64,000 nucleotides of DNA, from contig NC_068981.1 in assembly GCF_001194135.2 (NCBI RefSeq), positions 93,712,550-93,776,549 on the forward strand. Direction: 5' to 3'. The notes under the pieces were generated by a model. It was given only the letters and a program-made list of their open reading frames with translations. It searched no databases and was not told the DNA's origin. The position numbers and the translations under genes are program-made. Positions within the stretch are counted from its first letter, which is position 1; every line of letters begins with the position of its first letter. Of the stretch, positions 39,247 to 53,099 are shown piece by piece. The stretch is from Octopus bimaculoides. Its lineage: Eukaryota.

Positions 39247-39894
39247 TTCACTGAACAAAGAATACAAACACTTGAAATTACACTAAACAACAAAATTCAC
39301 AAGGTCATATCCTTTTTATCATTTCTTTTAACCCCTTAATCAAACAGAGATGGGAAATCCACATAAGCCTTAATTTTTCCAGGGACTCGTAGACACTGGA
39401 GGACGAAAATGCGGAGGCTATCCTCAAACTGGAAATATTGTCTGAATTTTTCAAGTGTGAACTCCATTAAAGACACCCAACGGCTAGGTTAATTATGTTA
39501 GATTGGTCGACGTCCCATACTCTAACAAATTTCGCCGATCAACAGCTCTCGCTGGTGCTTTATTTTATCGATCCCGAAAGGAGGTAAGGCAAATTTGAAC
39601 TCAATAGGAATTGGGCCCAGATCACAGACACTCAGAAGAGATACTACAAGGAATTTAACAGTATTTCTAACTTGAAGGAGAAACCGAAGAGGGGAGATCT
39701 AACGATTCTTCCGCTCCTTTCATTTCCCGTAGAATGTAGAGATTTTGTGCTCAACTAGAAAAACAAATGTACATTCAGCCTAAATATGATACTGTTGATG
39801 GTGGTCTTTGCACTTTAATAAGTCTTTGATTAATCATAGCAAATTTAAGGTTAGAATTAGTGTGTATTGGAGATTTAGCAGCAACGAAGGGTGC

Positions 39895-39896
39895 GT

Positions 39897-39944
<48 letters not shown>

Positions 39945-40027
39945 CAGCAGCAGTATTAGTAGTAGTAGTAGTAGTAGTAGACCAAATAGAAGACAAGATG
40001 CTAGCAATTGCAGCAGTAGTAGTTTTG

Positions 40028-40084
<57 letters not shown>

Positions 40085-40484
40085 TAGGGAGGTCAATTTG
40101 CAGAATTATTAGTGTCAAACAGTTATCTTGTAGCATTTTATTGCGGCCCTGTGTTCAAATCTCGCCAAGATCGACTTCACTTTCCATCCTTCTGGAGACC
40201 ATAAAATAAAGTACTTGTTGATTCCTCTCTCTACTTCATCCTCCCTCTCTATCACTTTCTCTATCTCTATCTCCCTCCCTCCTTCTCACTCTCTCTCCCC
40301 CTCTCTCTCTCTCTCTCTCTCTCCCTCAGAATCCTTTTGCGCTGCACTGTGAGTAGGACGCCGTATAATAATTACACTTTTCCTCTTCTTCAAAACAACT
40401 ATCTTCATTCTATCTCAGTGGAGAGAATGTGGTTGCCGAGGCTTTGGCAAGAGTATGGCCCACGACCATGATCGTGAAGATGAC

Positions 40485-40560
<76 letters not shown>

Positions 40561-40804
40561 TGCGGGCGGAGGAGGAGGAGGAGAGGAAGAGGTGGAGGAG
40601 GAGGAGGGTTAGAGATGACGGCGATGATAATGATGATTAGAAATTGTAGCAGCAGCGGTAGCAAGAGTATAGTAGCAGCAACAGTAGCAGCAGTAGTAGT
40701 AGTAGTAGTAGTTGTAGTAGTAGTAGTAGTTGTAGTAGTAGTGGTGGTGGCGGTGGTGGTGGAATGGTGGTGGTGGTAGTGGTGACGGCGGCAGCGGTAG
40801 CAGA

Positions 40805-40885
<81 letters not shown>

Positions 40886-40959
40886 TGTAGTGGTGGTGGT
40901 GTTAATGGTGGCGGTGGTGGGGGCGGCGGCGGCGGCAGCGGTAGCAGAAGCAGCAGCAA

Positions 40960-41016
<57 letters not shown>

Positions 41017-41085
41017 ATAATGATGATCAAGTAGAAGATGAAAAAAACGCAGTAGATGACGGCGATGACGATGACGCTGCGTGAA
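39895..41085. repeat. Compound trinucleotide repeat field: (AGT)n, (GAT)n, (AGC)n, (GGT)n, (GGA)n
   Basis: Direct reading; a GGTGGT-GGCGGC-GCAGCGGTAGCAG-AGC-AGT module is duplicated (~40765-40895 and ~40895-41015). Confidence 0.9.
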
Positions 41086-41619
41086 CAGTATTACTGCTGA
41101 TATTGAAGTAGGTTTTTCGAAATCTTATTAAGTTCTTGATAAGATATGACATATTAAAACAACTACACATGCCCATTCATACACACTCACATATATACAC
41201 AAATACACGCACACAAATACACACGCTCATCAGGCACACGCTTAAGTATGTAAAGTGCAGGAACGAACAACGAGGCGAAAGAAAAAAAATGTTCATAAGT
41301 ATAAATGCTGGTCAGTCAATAAAGTAACTATGGTAACAATAGAAAGTGCTGGTTCTTTGAAATCATTATACAATCTATTCAAGATCTGTCACCACCGAAT
41401 ATATCTAGTATTTATCATTCTTGTTGTTATTGCTGCTATTTAGCTCTAGGACATCCCTAGTCGAGCAGATCAAAAGTATTTCGATCATGACAACCTTGTC
41501 TTATTTAAGACCACTTTGTTTTCCTTATTTCGGGTGACAGTGTGCGATTTAAGAAGGATTTGGTTGCTATTTCCAGCAACTAGGTAAAAAATTCCTCGTC
41601 GTCTTGAAAATCTGTTATT

Positions 41620-41795
41620 ATTAGTATCACGATTAAGGAAGTGAACCGGTAGAATCGTCGGCGAGCCACACAAAATGCTGTTAAGCATTTCCTCCGTTTT
41701 TATAGTTTGAGTTCAGATTCCACCGAAGTCGACTTTGCCTTTCATCTTTTCGGGGGTCGAGGTTCTCGATTTACCTATTCCCCCGAAATTGCTGG
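41620..41795 (+). mobile_element. SINE family D, degenerate, with (ATT)n tail
   Basis: GGTAGAATCGTCGGCGAG...GAGTTCAGATTCCACCGAAGTCGACTTTGCCTTTCATC. Confidence 0.7.
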
Positions 41796-41849
41796 CCTTA
41801 TGTCAAAATCTGTTGTAGTTGTCATTATTATTATTATTACTATTATTAT

Positions 41850-42305
41850 TATGTGAGAGAGCAGTGCATGCCATAAAAGTGACACTGGGGTAAAATATAC
41901 GAAGCCCAGTATACCCATCATGACTACCCGTCTGATAAGGGTACACCAGGCAAATGCATCACAACCATATGTGCGCGACATGGTGATCTCATATCAAGAT
42001 AAACAGCGCATGACCTCGCAGGTAGGGCCCAGTTAGAATTTTCTTCAGGTCGAGTAGCCCATCCCTCTCAAAAGATACCTGAATAAGGTTTGTTTAAGGA
42101 TGTTGAGCAAGACACCTATGTTTCCAAAGGTGAATTATTCAAACCCCAAAGAATTCCTCTCAACACATGGCTATAATGCTTCCCCACTATTTCTGCTCAT
42201 GATCAGAGATGCACATATCGTCAGCCACCAAGGGACATGCTCAACTGGTTACGGTCAAACAACTGACAAGCAAATCTGTGGTATTGAGCAGAATATTTGC
42301 TGTAG
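41850..42305 (-). mobile_element. Putative non-coding retroposon-like element with (AAT)n 3' tail, truncated by a gap
   Basis: GC-richer non-coding block abutting an (ATT)n tract, sense 3' end ...GCACTGCTCTCTCACATAATAATAAT; ATT tract resumes after the gap at ~43050. Repeat status is inferred (single copy in the window). Confidence 0.5.
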
Positions 42306-43050
42306 NNNNNNNNNNNNNNNNNNNNNNNNNNNNNNNNNNNNNNNNNNNNNNNNNNNNNNNNNNNNNNNNNNNNNNNNNNNNNNNNNNNNNNNNNNNNNNN
42401 NNNNNNNNNNNNNNNNNNNNNNNNNNNNNNNNNNNNNNNNNNNNNNNNNNNNNNNNNNNNNNNNNNNNNNNNNNNNNNNNNNNNNNNNNNNNNNNNNNNN
42501 NNNNNNNNNNNNNNNNNNNNNNNNNNNNNNNNNNNNNNNNNNNNNNNNNNNNNNNNNNNNNNNNNNNNNNNNNNNNNNNNNNNNNNNNNNNNNNNNNNNN
42601 NNNNNNNNNNNNNNNNNNNNNNNNNNNNNNNNNNNNNNNNNNNNNNNNNNNNNNNNNNNNNNNNNNNNNNNNNNNNNNNNNNNNNNNNNNNNNNNNNNNN
42701 NNNNNNNNNNNNNNNNNNNNNNNNNNNNNNNNNNNNNNNNNNNNNNNNNNNNNNNNNNNNNNNNNNNNNNNNNNNNNNNNNNNNNNNNNNNNNNNNNNNN
42801 NNNNNNNNNNNNNNNNNNNNNNNNNNNNNNNNNNNNNNNNNNNNNNNNNNNNNNNNNNNNNNNNNNNNNNNNNNNNNNNNNNNNNNNNNNNNNNNNNNNN
42901 NNNNNNNNNNNNNNNNNNNNNNNNNNNNNNNNNNNNNNNNNNNNNNNNNNNNNNNNNNNNNNNNNNNNNNNNNNNNNNNNNNNNNNNNNNNNNNNNNNNN
43001 NNNNNNNNNNCCTTCTTAGCCAGGACTGGGCAGCCAGAGATAATAATAAA

Positions 43051-43107
<57 letters not shown>

Positions 43108-43110
43108 TAC

Positions 43111-43161
<51 letters not shown>

Positions 43162-43182
43162 CATCATTATTATTATTATTAA

Positions 43183-44100
43183 GGTAATGAGCTGGCAGAA
43201 TCGTTAGCACGCTGGACGAAATACTTAGCGGTATTTCGCCCGTCGCTACGTTCTGAGTTCAAATTCCACCGAGGCTGCCTTTGCCTCTCATCCTTTCGGG
43301 GTCGATAAATTAAGCACCAGTGAAACACTGGGGTCGATGTAATCGACTAGTTCCCTCCCTCCAAATTTCAGGTTTTGTGCCTATAGTAGAAAGGATTATT
43401 AGCAGCACTATTGAGGAGACAAACTGGCAGAGTCGTCAGCAAGCCGGACAAAATGCTTATCAGCTTTTCTTCTAGTATTATGCTCTGAGTTCAAACACCA
43501 CCGAAATCGACTTTGCCTTTCATCCTTACAGGGTCGATAAAATGAGCACCAGACGAACACTGGTGTCGATGTGATGACTTACCCATTCCCAAAATATTGC
43601 TGGTCTTGCGCCAAAATTTGATACGATGATTAGTATCACTTTTAAGGAAATGAACTGGTACAATAGTTAGCAAGTCAAACAAAATGCCTAGCATTTCGTC
43701 CGTCTTTGTGTTCTGAGTTCAAATTCTGCCGAGGTCGACTTTGCCTTTCGTACTTTCGGGGTCGATAAAATAAATACCATCTGAACACTGGCGTCGATAT
43801 AATCGACTAATCCCCTCCCTCTGAAAATCTTAGGGTTTGTACCCTATGCTAGAAAGGACTATTAGTAGCACTATTTAAAGCGGCGAGCTTATAGAATCAT
43901 TAGCGCTCCCGATAAAATGTTTAGCAGCATTTCTTCCCTCATTAAGTTCTGAGTTCAAATTCTTCCAAGGTCCACATAGCCTTTTATCTTTTTCGGGGTC
44001 GATAAAAATGAGAACAAGCTGAGCACTGAGATTGATGTAAGCGACTAACCCTCCCACAGAATGTCAGGCCTTGTGTCTAAAGTAGAAAGAATTATTAGGA
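43183..44100 (+). mobile_element. Head-to-tail array of four SINE family D copies
   Basis: Units at about 43183-43400, 43413-43625, 43645-43865 and 43878-44100, each with TCTGAGTTCAAA and GGGTCGATAAA, joined by a similar ATTAG(C/T)A(G/T)CACT(A/T)TT linker. Confidence 0.85.
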
Positions 44101-45185
44101 GCTCTATTTTAAGCTTTGATGCAAAATAATCGAATAGACGATGTGTCTCATATTGAAAGCTCTCAGCTCTACACATTTCGTTATGTTTTTGGTCAGGACA
44201 TTATTTACATGACTGAAAATCGAAAACTTCGTGTCTGTATAAGAAATCAATATGTGTACAAGCTGCTTTTTTAGGGTTAAAATGTTTGAAGTTGATGTAT
44301 CTATGAATTGCATGAAAGTTATCTTCGTTTTCAGTAACTTATAGAAAATCAATTATTAGAAACATAAAAGAGTAAGTCTGTTAAAATTTTCTATAAAAAT
44401 AAATCTCTGGTCTGTTTATGCATGTTAGTGTATCTGCCCTTATGGAGAGTTCATTGAAAAGTTCGATAACTTCTGCTGCCCTTGACCTTCATCTGGGCAT
44501 GATGAAAAGAGACCAAATCATTTTGTGGGCAATATATGATGAAGGTATTGAAATGACGGAGTGATGTAGAATTGTATAATAGGAAGGGGTGAGAGGCCGA
44601 GAGAAAGGCAATGTGAGGGTGGGGAGAAGTCTGAGGTTCGAGGTGACGAATGAAGTAGTAAAATTGGAGAGGGAAGATATTGGAAAGTCAATGCCTTATA
44701 ACAAGTACTACGAAAAAGGGTTGTTCAAGTAACGAACTGAAGGAGGGAAAGTTATGTAAATGGAGAAAGAAACAACGAGCAACAACAAGGAGAGAGTCAG
44801 TTAAACAGTAAAAGGTACTCATAGTATTTTTATATTATTGTTTATAGAGGAGGGTGGAAACGCTACAGAAATGTTGATAGAATTTGATACGAAGTGAACA
44901 GAGGAGGGAAACAAAAGAATTGGAGTGGGTAGCAAGAGTCACAACCTCAAGCAAGATAAAATGAAAATATATAGTTCAGGTAAAGAGAAATGAGAGGGAG
45001 AAGTGGTTAACGGAGGGAAATGCTAAAAGAAAATCTGACCTTTAAAATCTATTAACGTGAAGGCGCGGAAGAATAATTTTAATTTAGAATCATTAGTAAA
45101 GACACATACATAAATTCCTTTATTTATAAGCACCCACAAATAAACACATACATACATACATACATATATACATACATACATACAT

Positions 45186-45230
<45 letters not shown>

Positions 45231-45246
45231 TCTGTGTGTGTGTGTA

Positions 45247-45279
<33 letters not shown>

Positions 45280-45510
45280 TGGAGAATTTGTTTTGGGCGT
45301 TTGAAAATGCTCTAGGCATCTAAAAATATGTAGTCGTTTATAAATTTTGTAATAAATTTATTCAAATACCAAACCGGTTTCGACAACTTTTGTTTATCAA
45401 TAGTGAAAAATAAATAAATCCTCACTTGTCATTTAAGCAAATTATAATGCATTCGAAATAATTTCTTTAAAAGGCATACACATCACACACACGCGCGCGC
45501 GGGCATGTTT

Positions 45511-45624
45511 ATACTGTTTATACTGTTGTACAAATATATACAAAAATATACTGTTTATATTGTTATACAAATATATACAAAAATATATACAGTTTATACT
45601 GTTGTACAAATATATACAAAAATA
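45511..45624. repeat. 37-bp minisatellite, 3 copies
   Basis: Unit ATACTGTTTATACTGTTGTACAAATATATACAAAAAT. Confidence 0.9.
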
Positions 45625-46639
45625 CAAATACGCAAGAGTATAGGAATTCATACATACATACACACACGCATACTTATACATACATGCATGCATGCATGCA
45701 TACATACATACATACATACATACATACATACATACATACATACACGCATGTGACCTTTTTACTCATTGAACCTAGGAAAATCTTATAGAGGGAACTGAGT
45801 GGAGAACATGGTGAGTGGGGTTTGGAAAAAGGGGGGATGAAATGTAAGGAAATTGAATACACATTCATATCTTAGTGAGCAGATGTTACTAAGTTGAAGA
45901 TGAATTCTATCAAGTCAAAAGAAAAATTTGCTTGCTTGTCTTTTATGTTCCTTTGTGAGTCAGTATGGAAGAAGAAGGAGAGTCAAAAGTATGTTTCCTG
46001 TAAGTTAAATTCACAATTTGATTTTGATTCTCTCTCATGTGGCTAATTCCTTTGTGAAAAGCATGAACGTCACAACTGGTTTCATCGAAACCAAAAGCAG
46101 CATTAACCTAATGAACAAAATATATGTATCAAAAGTATTGCACTAGTGAATTCAAAGATACAGTCTTCAGCGATGCCACAATTCCACTGTTACATGTAGG
46201 ATAACGGTATCAATATGTAATATTTTTATTTTCTTTTACCTCTTTTTCTTTGGAGTTTTGATGCAACATTATACCCTTTGCAACATATATAAAATAGTAT
46301 CCAACACAGATATTTTAAGTATTAGTTTCTATGATGATGGTATCACTGAGTTATTTCATTTTGTAAGTTATTTCCTAAAATTATAATTTTCACGCCAACG
46401 CGTGTACAGTCTTGTCATCTTCTTAGTGACTTTGTCATCATTAATTCAATACATATAATGAAGTCAATGCTTCCCTATAGAGATCCAATATATTGCTGTA
46501 TTTATTGAAATCATTAAAATAATATTAAATCATAGACTATTGTCTTTTCTATTATTGTCTTTAACTCTTTAATACACACTGCATTAAATATGGTAACACG
46601 AAATAGGCTGGTTTAGAGACAAATAACATTTCTACTACA

Positions 46640-46840
46640 AGCACATGGCCTGAAATCTGAGGGGAGGAGACGAGTCGATTAGATCGACCCCAGTACGCAA
46701 CTGGTACTTAATTAATCGACCACGAAAGGATGGAAGGTAAAGTCGACCTTGGTGAAATTTGAACTCAGAACATAGTGACGGGTGAAATACCGCTAAGCAT
46801 TTCGTCCAGCGTGCTAAAGATTCTGCCAGCTCGCCGCCTT
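46640..46840 (-). mobile_element. SINE family D, full length
   Basis: Ends (5' head) ATTCTGCCAGCTCGCCGCCTT; contains GAAATTTGAACTCAGAAC. Confidence 0.85.
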
Positions 46841-47141
46841 ATTTTAGAGACAAATAACATTGATCATGTGATTTATTTGAACACAATCTGCAGGAATATG
46901 AGTCAATGTATTCGTAGTCATTTAGATACAATTGTTATTGTTGTTGTTTCAAAACTACCCCTTGACATTGTCCCCAAACAGGCATCAACTGCATACACCT
47001 AATATGTTATTATTCATTCCCAGGTAGTTGTGTCATAGACCAACTCTAGAAACCACCACAACTATCCATTTCGTTACTCCACTATTCGTCCTCTCTTTTT
47101 TTATATTTGAATTTGCATGAATTATTTTAGTTGCTTAGATT

Positions 47142-47570
47142 ACAGATGAGTAAACTACCAAGGAGTGAAATTATGTGGTTAAAAATAGCAGCCAAAGCTC
47201 TCCAAATCATACCTTGTTGTCTTGACGAAAATTAGTCGGAAAACATACTCTCATAAATGGAAAGTTAGGAGGGATTTCCTGCTTTTGCCAATCTATGTTC
47301 GACAGGAGCTAACACGTGGTCAAACAGCGGTATCAACAGATAATTAAAGTAGGCAGAATTCTTTCAGCAAAACTATGACAGATGAGTAAACTACCAACTA
47401 TGTAGTTAGAAATAGCAACCAAAGCTGTTGTCTTGAGGAAAATTCGTTGGAGAACATACTCTCATAAATGGAAAATTAGGGATTATCTTGCTTTTTGCCT
47501 CTCTATGTTCGTCAGGAGCTAACCCGTGGTTAAACAGCGGTATCAACAGATAATTAAAGTAGGCAGAATT
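47142..47570 (+). repeat. Diverged tandem duplication, ~236-bp unit
   Basis: ACAGATGAGTAAACTACCAA, AACATACTCTCATAAATGGAAA and AAACAGCGGTATCAACAGATAATTAAAGTAGGCAGAATT each occur twice. Confidence 0.85.
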
Positions 47571-48664
47571 TAACATCCTTCAGCACAACAATGACAGTAA
47601 TGACGCTACAACTATAACAAGCAATCCTCTACGTCGCCGCTGGAAATAGCAATCAAATCTCTCTCAAATCACACCATGCTATCTTACAAAAGATAAGACA
47701 CACTGGATAATATAGTTCAGTGTGAGAAAATGAGGGCAGTATCGAGCATAGTTGGAATGGTCTTGATCAAACAACAACCATAAGAAACAAAGAATAACTA
47801 TACTAATGCAGCTATGGCGCCAAATCTCCACAGAATACATAGTATTACAGTTCTTTCTCAACAGATATGCTAGATTTTATCCAGTGCTTCGGTTTGAGCA
47901 CAGAATGAAGGTTGATAATGCTAACAAGATACAATTACACAATTCTTCAGTTGATATCCCAACTGGTGCTCGACAACGTGCATATCATCTATGTATTTTT
48001 CAACATTTATTTCTTTACGACATAATTTAAAGACTTAATGCAAGGGAAGGAGAAAAGATAGGAACATTGTGAAATTGTGGACATCAGCATTGACTCTTTT
48101 TTACAAGACACACAATTAATGGTGAAGATTATTTTACGATTCATATTCTTCCATATCAAAATTGAAGGCAAAGGAACAGTATAATCTCCAACTAGGAATA
48201 GAAATCGAAACATGATACCAATTTGCAAAATATGATAACCAATTAAAGACATTATCGCAATTTCTGAGTTTTTTACGGGATGTTTTTTCCCGTGAAGGGA
48301 TTATTTCATTATGCTTTAAACTCATTAAATGACATTTTCTTAATGAATATGTGCGTAACTAATACTAATCAATCAACTGAAATTACTCAAAAACAAAAAA
48401 ATGATCATGATAATTTTTTTACTGTGCCGCACATAAGACGTAGCAACATTGTTTCAAGTTGATTTCTTTTTGCTGGAATAAACTCCAGTGTTTTACTTTT
48501 AGGGCTTTATTCCCTGAGTAATTCAAAATGTGGTATAGATGTATCATGATGCCCCTTAATGCATATAATGGTATGGAATATACGCACAGCTGGAAATAAC
48601 TTTCGTGAGCCATCTTTGGTACACCTATGCAAGGGTGGTTCTTTTGGTGAACCTGGGTGAAATG

Positions 48665-48850
48665 TCAGTATTTAATATAAGGATCTAGCGTTCTTCACGT
48701 CTTTACGTTCTGAGTTCAAACGCCGGGATCGACTTTGCCTCTCATCCTGTCGGGGCAGATAAAATAACTACAAAGTTGAGCACTGGAGTCGACCTAACCG
48801 ACTTAGCCCCTCCCCAGAAATTGTTAGCTTTCTGCCAAAATTTGAAGCCA
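48665..48850 (+). mobile_element. SINE family D, degenerate
   Basis: TTTACGTTCTGAGTTCAAAC...TCGACTTTGCCTCTCATCC...CCAAAATTTGAA. Confidence 0.7.
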
Positions 48851-49899
48851 ATATCAGGAAGGCAATCAAAAGGGCCAGTATTTTTTACTTCAAATTGTAT
48901 AAGATGTATTTGCATGTCGTATCTATATTCTTCGGAATCCTTAATTTTTTTTTCTACCTTAGGCAAAATTTCAGTGGGAGAGTATAGTTGTTACCATCGA
49001 CTACTTCACTGGTACTCTGTCTTAATGATTCCAAAATGATCGAGAGTAAAGCTGACTGACTACTGCGAGATTAGAGCTCAGACACTAAAAACCGGAAGAA
49101 ATATAGCTAAGCATTTTTTTCTGACGCTCTAATGATTCTGTCATCTCACCGAATCGTTAGTACTAAATCTAGTAGTGATGACTGTTATTACATAAATTTC
49201 AATTGTGTTACATATCGCAAGCAAGTCAGCTTGATAGACCTATCAGTAAGTTATCAAATAATACAACATATACAGAGAATTATGATGAAATGTTTATCAC
49301 TACTACAGCTACCTTAGTTAAGTAAAACAGGTAGCTAAAATACAGCATGACAGCTATTTATGGGTAAGGCAATCATTGAAAATTAAGTATTTTTGTCATA
49401 TGTGTATGACAACACTGGTGTACAAACAAAGGACCTTAAGAGTGGTAGTCTAATAGTAGTTGTTACTCTATAAGATTTACAAGATTTTGTCTTCAAAATA
49501 TTTATTCCAATGCGTTATTATTATTCCAAATTTTAACGACTTTATCCAGACTCCTATTCCTGAAAAAGTAATGTTTAATAATTATGTCATTTCTCTTCAT
49601 AAAACAGCAATTTCATTTCCTAGACTTTTGGTGTTATTGAGCAACAATGAGAAGTGTTTATCAAGCAAATTTCACAAAAACATAGCAGATCGCTTATTTT
49701 GTCAACAAAAGCCAAAATTACTTATACCCGATTCGAACTGAGAAGTAAATCAGTTGAACTTCTCCTTCATCTACATAGTCCAATTTTAATTTTCTTTTAT
49801 ATATTAACATGGAGCTAAAATCGATTTGAATTTATCAATGCTCTGTATATTTTATTCTATAAGATATTTCTTTCGCAATATTTCAATAATGACAAAGTA

Positions 49900-50103
49900 C
49901 GAGGGGCTGCTGAAAAATTCCTGGCTTTAAGGATATTGCGAAAGGCCTGGTTGGAGGTCCAACCTTCCGAGTTCTTTTACATAACTTAAAAAAACTGAAG
50001 GACCGCTGCAATAAGTGTGTGAACCTGAGAGGGGAATATGTTCAATAAAATCATAACTAACTGATTCTCCTGTATTATCTTTTACCCAAAGGCAGGAGCT
50101 TTT

Positions 50104-50174
<71 letters not shown>

Positions 50175-50175
50175 G
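49900..50175 (+). mobile_element. mariner-derived MITE, TA-flanked, with (CA)n inside the right TIR
   Basis: Left TIR CGAGGGGCTGCTGAAAAATTCCTGGCTTT after TA; residual transposase end KDRCNKCVNLRGEYVQ*; right TIR AAAGGCAGGAGCTTTTCAGCA-(CA)n-CCG followed by TA. Confidence 0.8.
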
Positions 50176-52531
50176 TACAAAGGACCGATATTGAGAGAGA
50201 AGAAATTCGGCGATGGGACATTCAAGAATTTTATAAAAATTAATAGTGCAAGAGAAGAGAACCGGCATTAACAATATGGTGAGCAAATTATTTCGTATTT
50301 AAGCTCTTCGAGAAACTGTTTCCTGCCTAACATTGGACTCATTTGAAATACATCATATTAAAGTGCGTGTAATCTCATGGGCTAAAACAATGAGCCTCTA
50401 AAGTGCATGCTCGACCCTGTGTAAATAGCAACCAAATTTCTATTAAATCACACCTCACAATCTTAAATATAAAAACACACAATAGACAATGTATACCCCT
50501 GATATACAAAACATTCGGAATACTCATGGCTAGAAAACCTTTCACCATAGTTTCGCCTAAAGAAGACCCATCAGAGGATAACAACATTACATCTCCTCGA
50601 GTTAAATTCACTAATGTATACGACCTCTAGATAAGATCATGCATATCTTGACTTTATGAATTCCAAATGTTATTTGTTTTAAATATGTGATTCTTATTTG
50701 TAAATTTTCTAAATATTCAAAAGATGGATACCTATACATCCAATTCACTTAAAATCATACTGAATTCATTGCTTTATTAGGTTAAGGATAAGCTTTTTCG
50801 AAATAAAAGGTTGAAATAATATATAATTATTTAATATTTCAATAGTTAGGCGGATCTCATGTGTTAAGAGAGCGTTAGACATTGCCACTGTTCTAGTTTG
50901 GCAAAAAGATAATTATTATTGTTTTCTTATTACGAGAGATGAGCCCTTTGCTCAGGTTTTTGTACACTAGTGTTGAAATTTTTATAACATTTACCAACAT
51001 ATTTACAGCATAAATATAATTAAATATCTTCAGTCAAGAATTGAAACTGATTATAAGCTCAATCTCCCAGCTACGCAGTAATTAAACCTTGTTATCCAAG
51101 ACATATGGCCACAAATTTATGTTTGAATTGAGGTAATGAGATTACGCGACGTTCATGCGCTTCTTAAGAGAATTTTATGAATATATTTTATTAGCTGCGA
51201 ACAGAAATCGATGACGGGTCGTGAACCTGTCTGGTTAGGAAATATAAACAGAATCTGGGGGGAAATTGGTGATACGCGTCTACAAATATCATTTAATAAA
51301 ATCAACAAATTTGGATTAAGTTCGTTCGTCTACCATATGGGTACGAGAGTAATGATATTTCAAACATAACCCTCCTTTGGAGAGAAACATAGTTTTTAGT
51401 GTTTACGGTAGTATTAAGCATATAGGCTTTGGTCAGGACCTTACCTTTATTCTACAGGAAATTAATATCGACTGATTATTAAATCACTGATAAGAAACAA
51501 TAGGCGCTCTAGCAGGATATGATTTATTATTTTATCGACCAGAAACAACCATTACTAGTGGAAGTTGTAAACGATGGGGAAAATTAAAACAATACCTCCA
51601 ATTTTAGAAGGGTTAAACGAAAATTGCTGATACGTTGGTTAGAATCAACATATCAAACTTTTTATTTATTGATGAAGTAGATGATATCAGTAATCATAAG
51701 ATTAATTATATGTCACGCAACATAATGGGATGTTTGTTTTTAACCAGATATGCATAAAAGAACAATGTTAGCTACAGAAAATTTATTAGTAAAGATCACC
51801 ATTCATCTATGTTATTCAGAGATTATTTAATGTGTGTCTGAATAGGAAATAATTTTTTTTAATTTTATATGAAAAAATGTGGTCTCTAATTTCAATTAGT
51901 ATTTGGGAAAAACTGCAAAACTTCAATAATTTCTGTATGGCTCAATTTCATCTAGAGCAAGTCAGTCTGCTGGGGGTCAATCACTACTCAGTCCCAACCT
52001 CAGAAGAGATTGTATATATGCCCTACAAGCTAATGAAACCTTTGTCAATAAATTAGTGTCTCGCCAATTATCCATGTCATCATACTGAGTGTTCCACAGA
52101 TTCCAATGTTGTCATAAACAGTAAGAATCTAGTGATATGCCAAAAGATAAAGAGAAGTCTAGCATTTATATAGAAAATGCGAATGTCGAAGCAATCTAGG
52201 GTGGTTGACTCACGAAGAGACCGAAAGCAAAAACAAATGGCAGGGGAAATGTGTAATCTGTGAGATGTAAGACAAAAAGAGGATTTAAGGTGTGATGAAA
52301 GGGTGGAGAAGATTTTAACAGAAGCTAGGTCAGTTGAAATGAGAGGAAAATGATATCGAAGGCTGTTTTATTCTGTCTGACATTTCGATGACGACATTGT
52401 ATGCCATAGAGTAATGCGTAAATGTCTGTAAGTTATATATTTATTATGCCTGTCGTTGGTTTTGTTATTTTTAATCAGCAGGTTGCATATGTAATCATCT
52501 TATAAGTAAGTAAGTAGGTAGGTGGGTAGGT

Positions 52532-52594
<63 letters not shown>

Positions 52595-52679
52595 NNNNNN
52601 NNNNNNNNNNNNNNNNNNNNNNNNNNNNNNNNNNNNNNNNNNNNNNNNNNNNGGGAGGGGAGGATAGGGAGGGAGGGGG

Positions 52680-52743
<64 letters not shown>

Positions 52744-53099
52744 TTACTAACATGACTAATACATGATGGCATGAGTATCTATCTACATAACAATCGTTTG
52801 ATTACGCATTATTTCTTTAGATGAATTACTTTCTTGCTTTAACTTCTAATCAGATACAATGCAGATTATATCGCCTTCACACATCACACAAAACCTGCAA
52901 TTTCTTCATGAATGGAAGCGTCTACAAAGTATTGCAGTAGTAAGATAATAATTAAGATTCATTCACTAGTACACAGACAACTCTCAAGAAGCCTTTTAAT
53001 ACACTCCCTTCACTTCTGCTACATTCACTCGCTTGTACTACACTCACACAAAACAGTTAATGCAGAGAAGTATTTTCGTACATTGGAAGTATAGCACAA

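Noticed and set aside
44420-44820. Purine-rich block that might be a decayed LINE APE endonuclease on the minus strand
   Set aside because: Only a vague resemblance to GDFNxH; no convincing motif series.
47142-47570. Tandem repeats as a CRISPR-like array
   Set aside because: Only two long diverged units, no short constant repeats with unique spacers, no cas genes, eukaryotic context.
45870-48650. SSR-free, coding-looking stretches (e.g. ORF 47806-48030 and the minus-strand reading VNAAFGFDETSCDVHAF...)
   Set aside because: Plausible-looking peptides appear on both strands with frequent stops and no recognisable motif, so strand and identity cannot be assigned.
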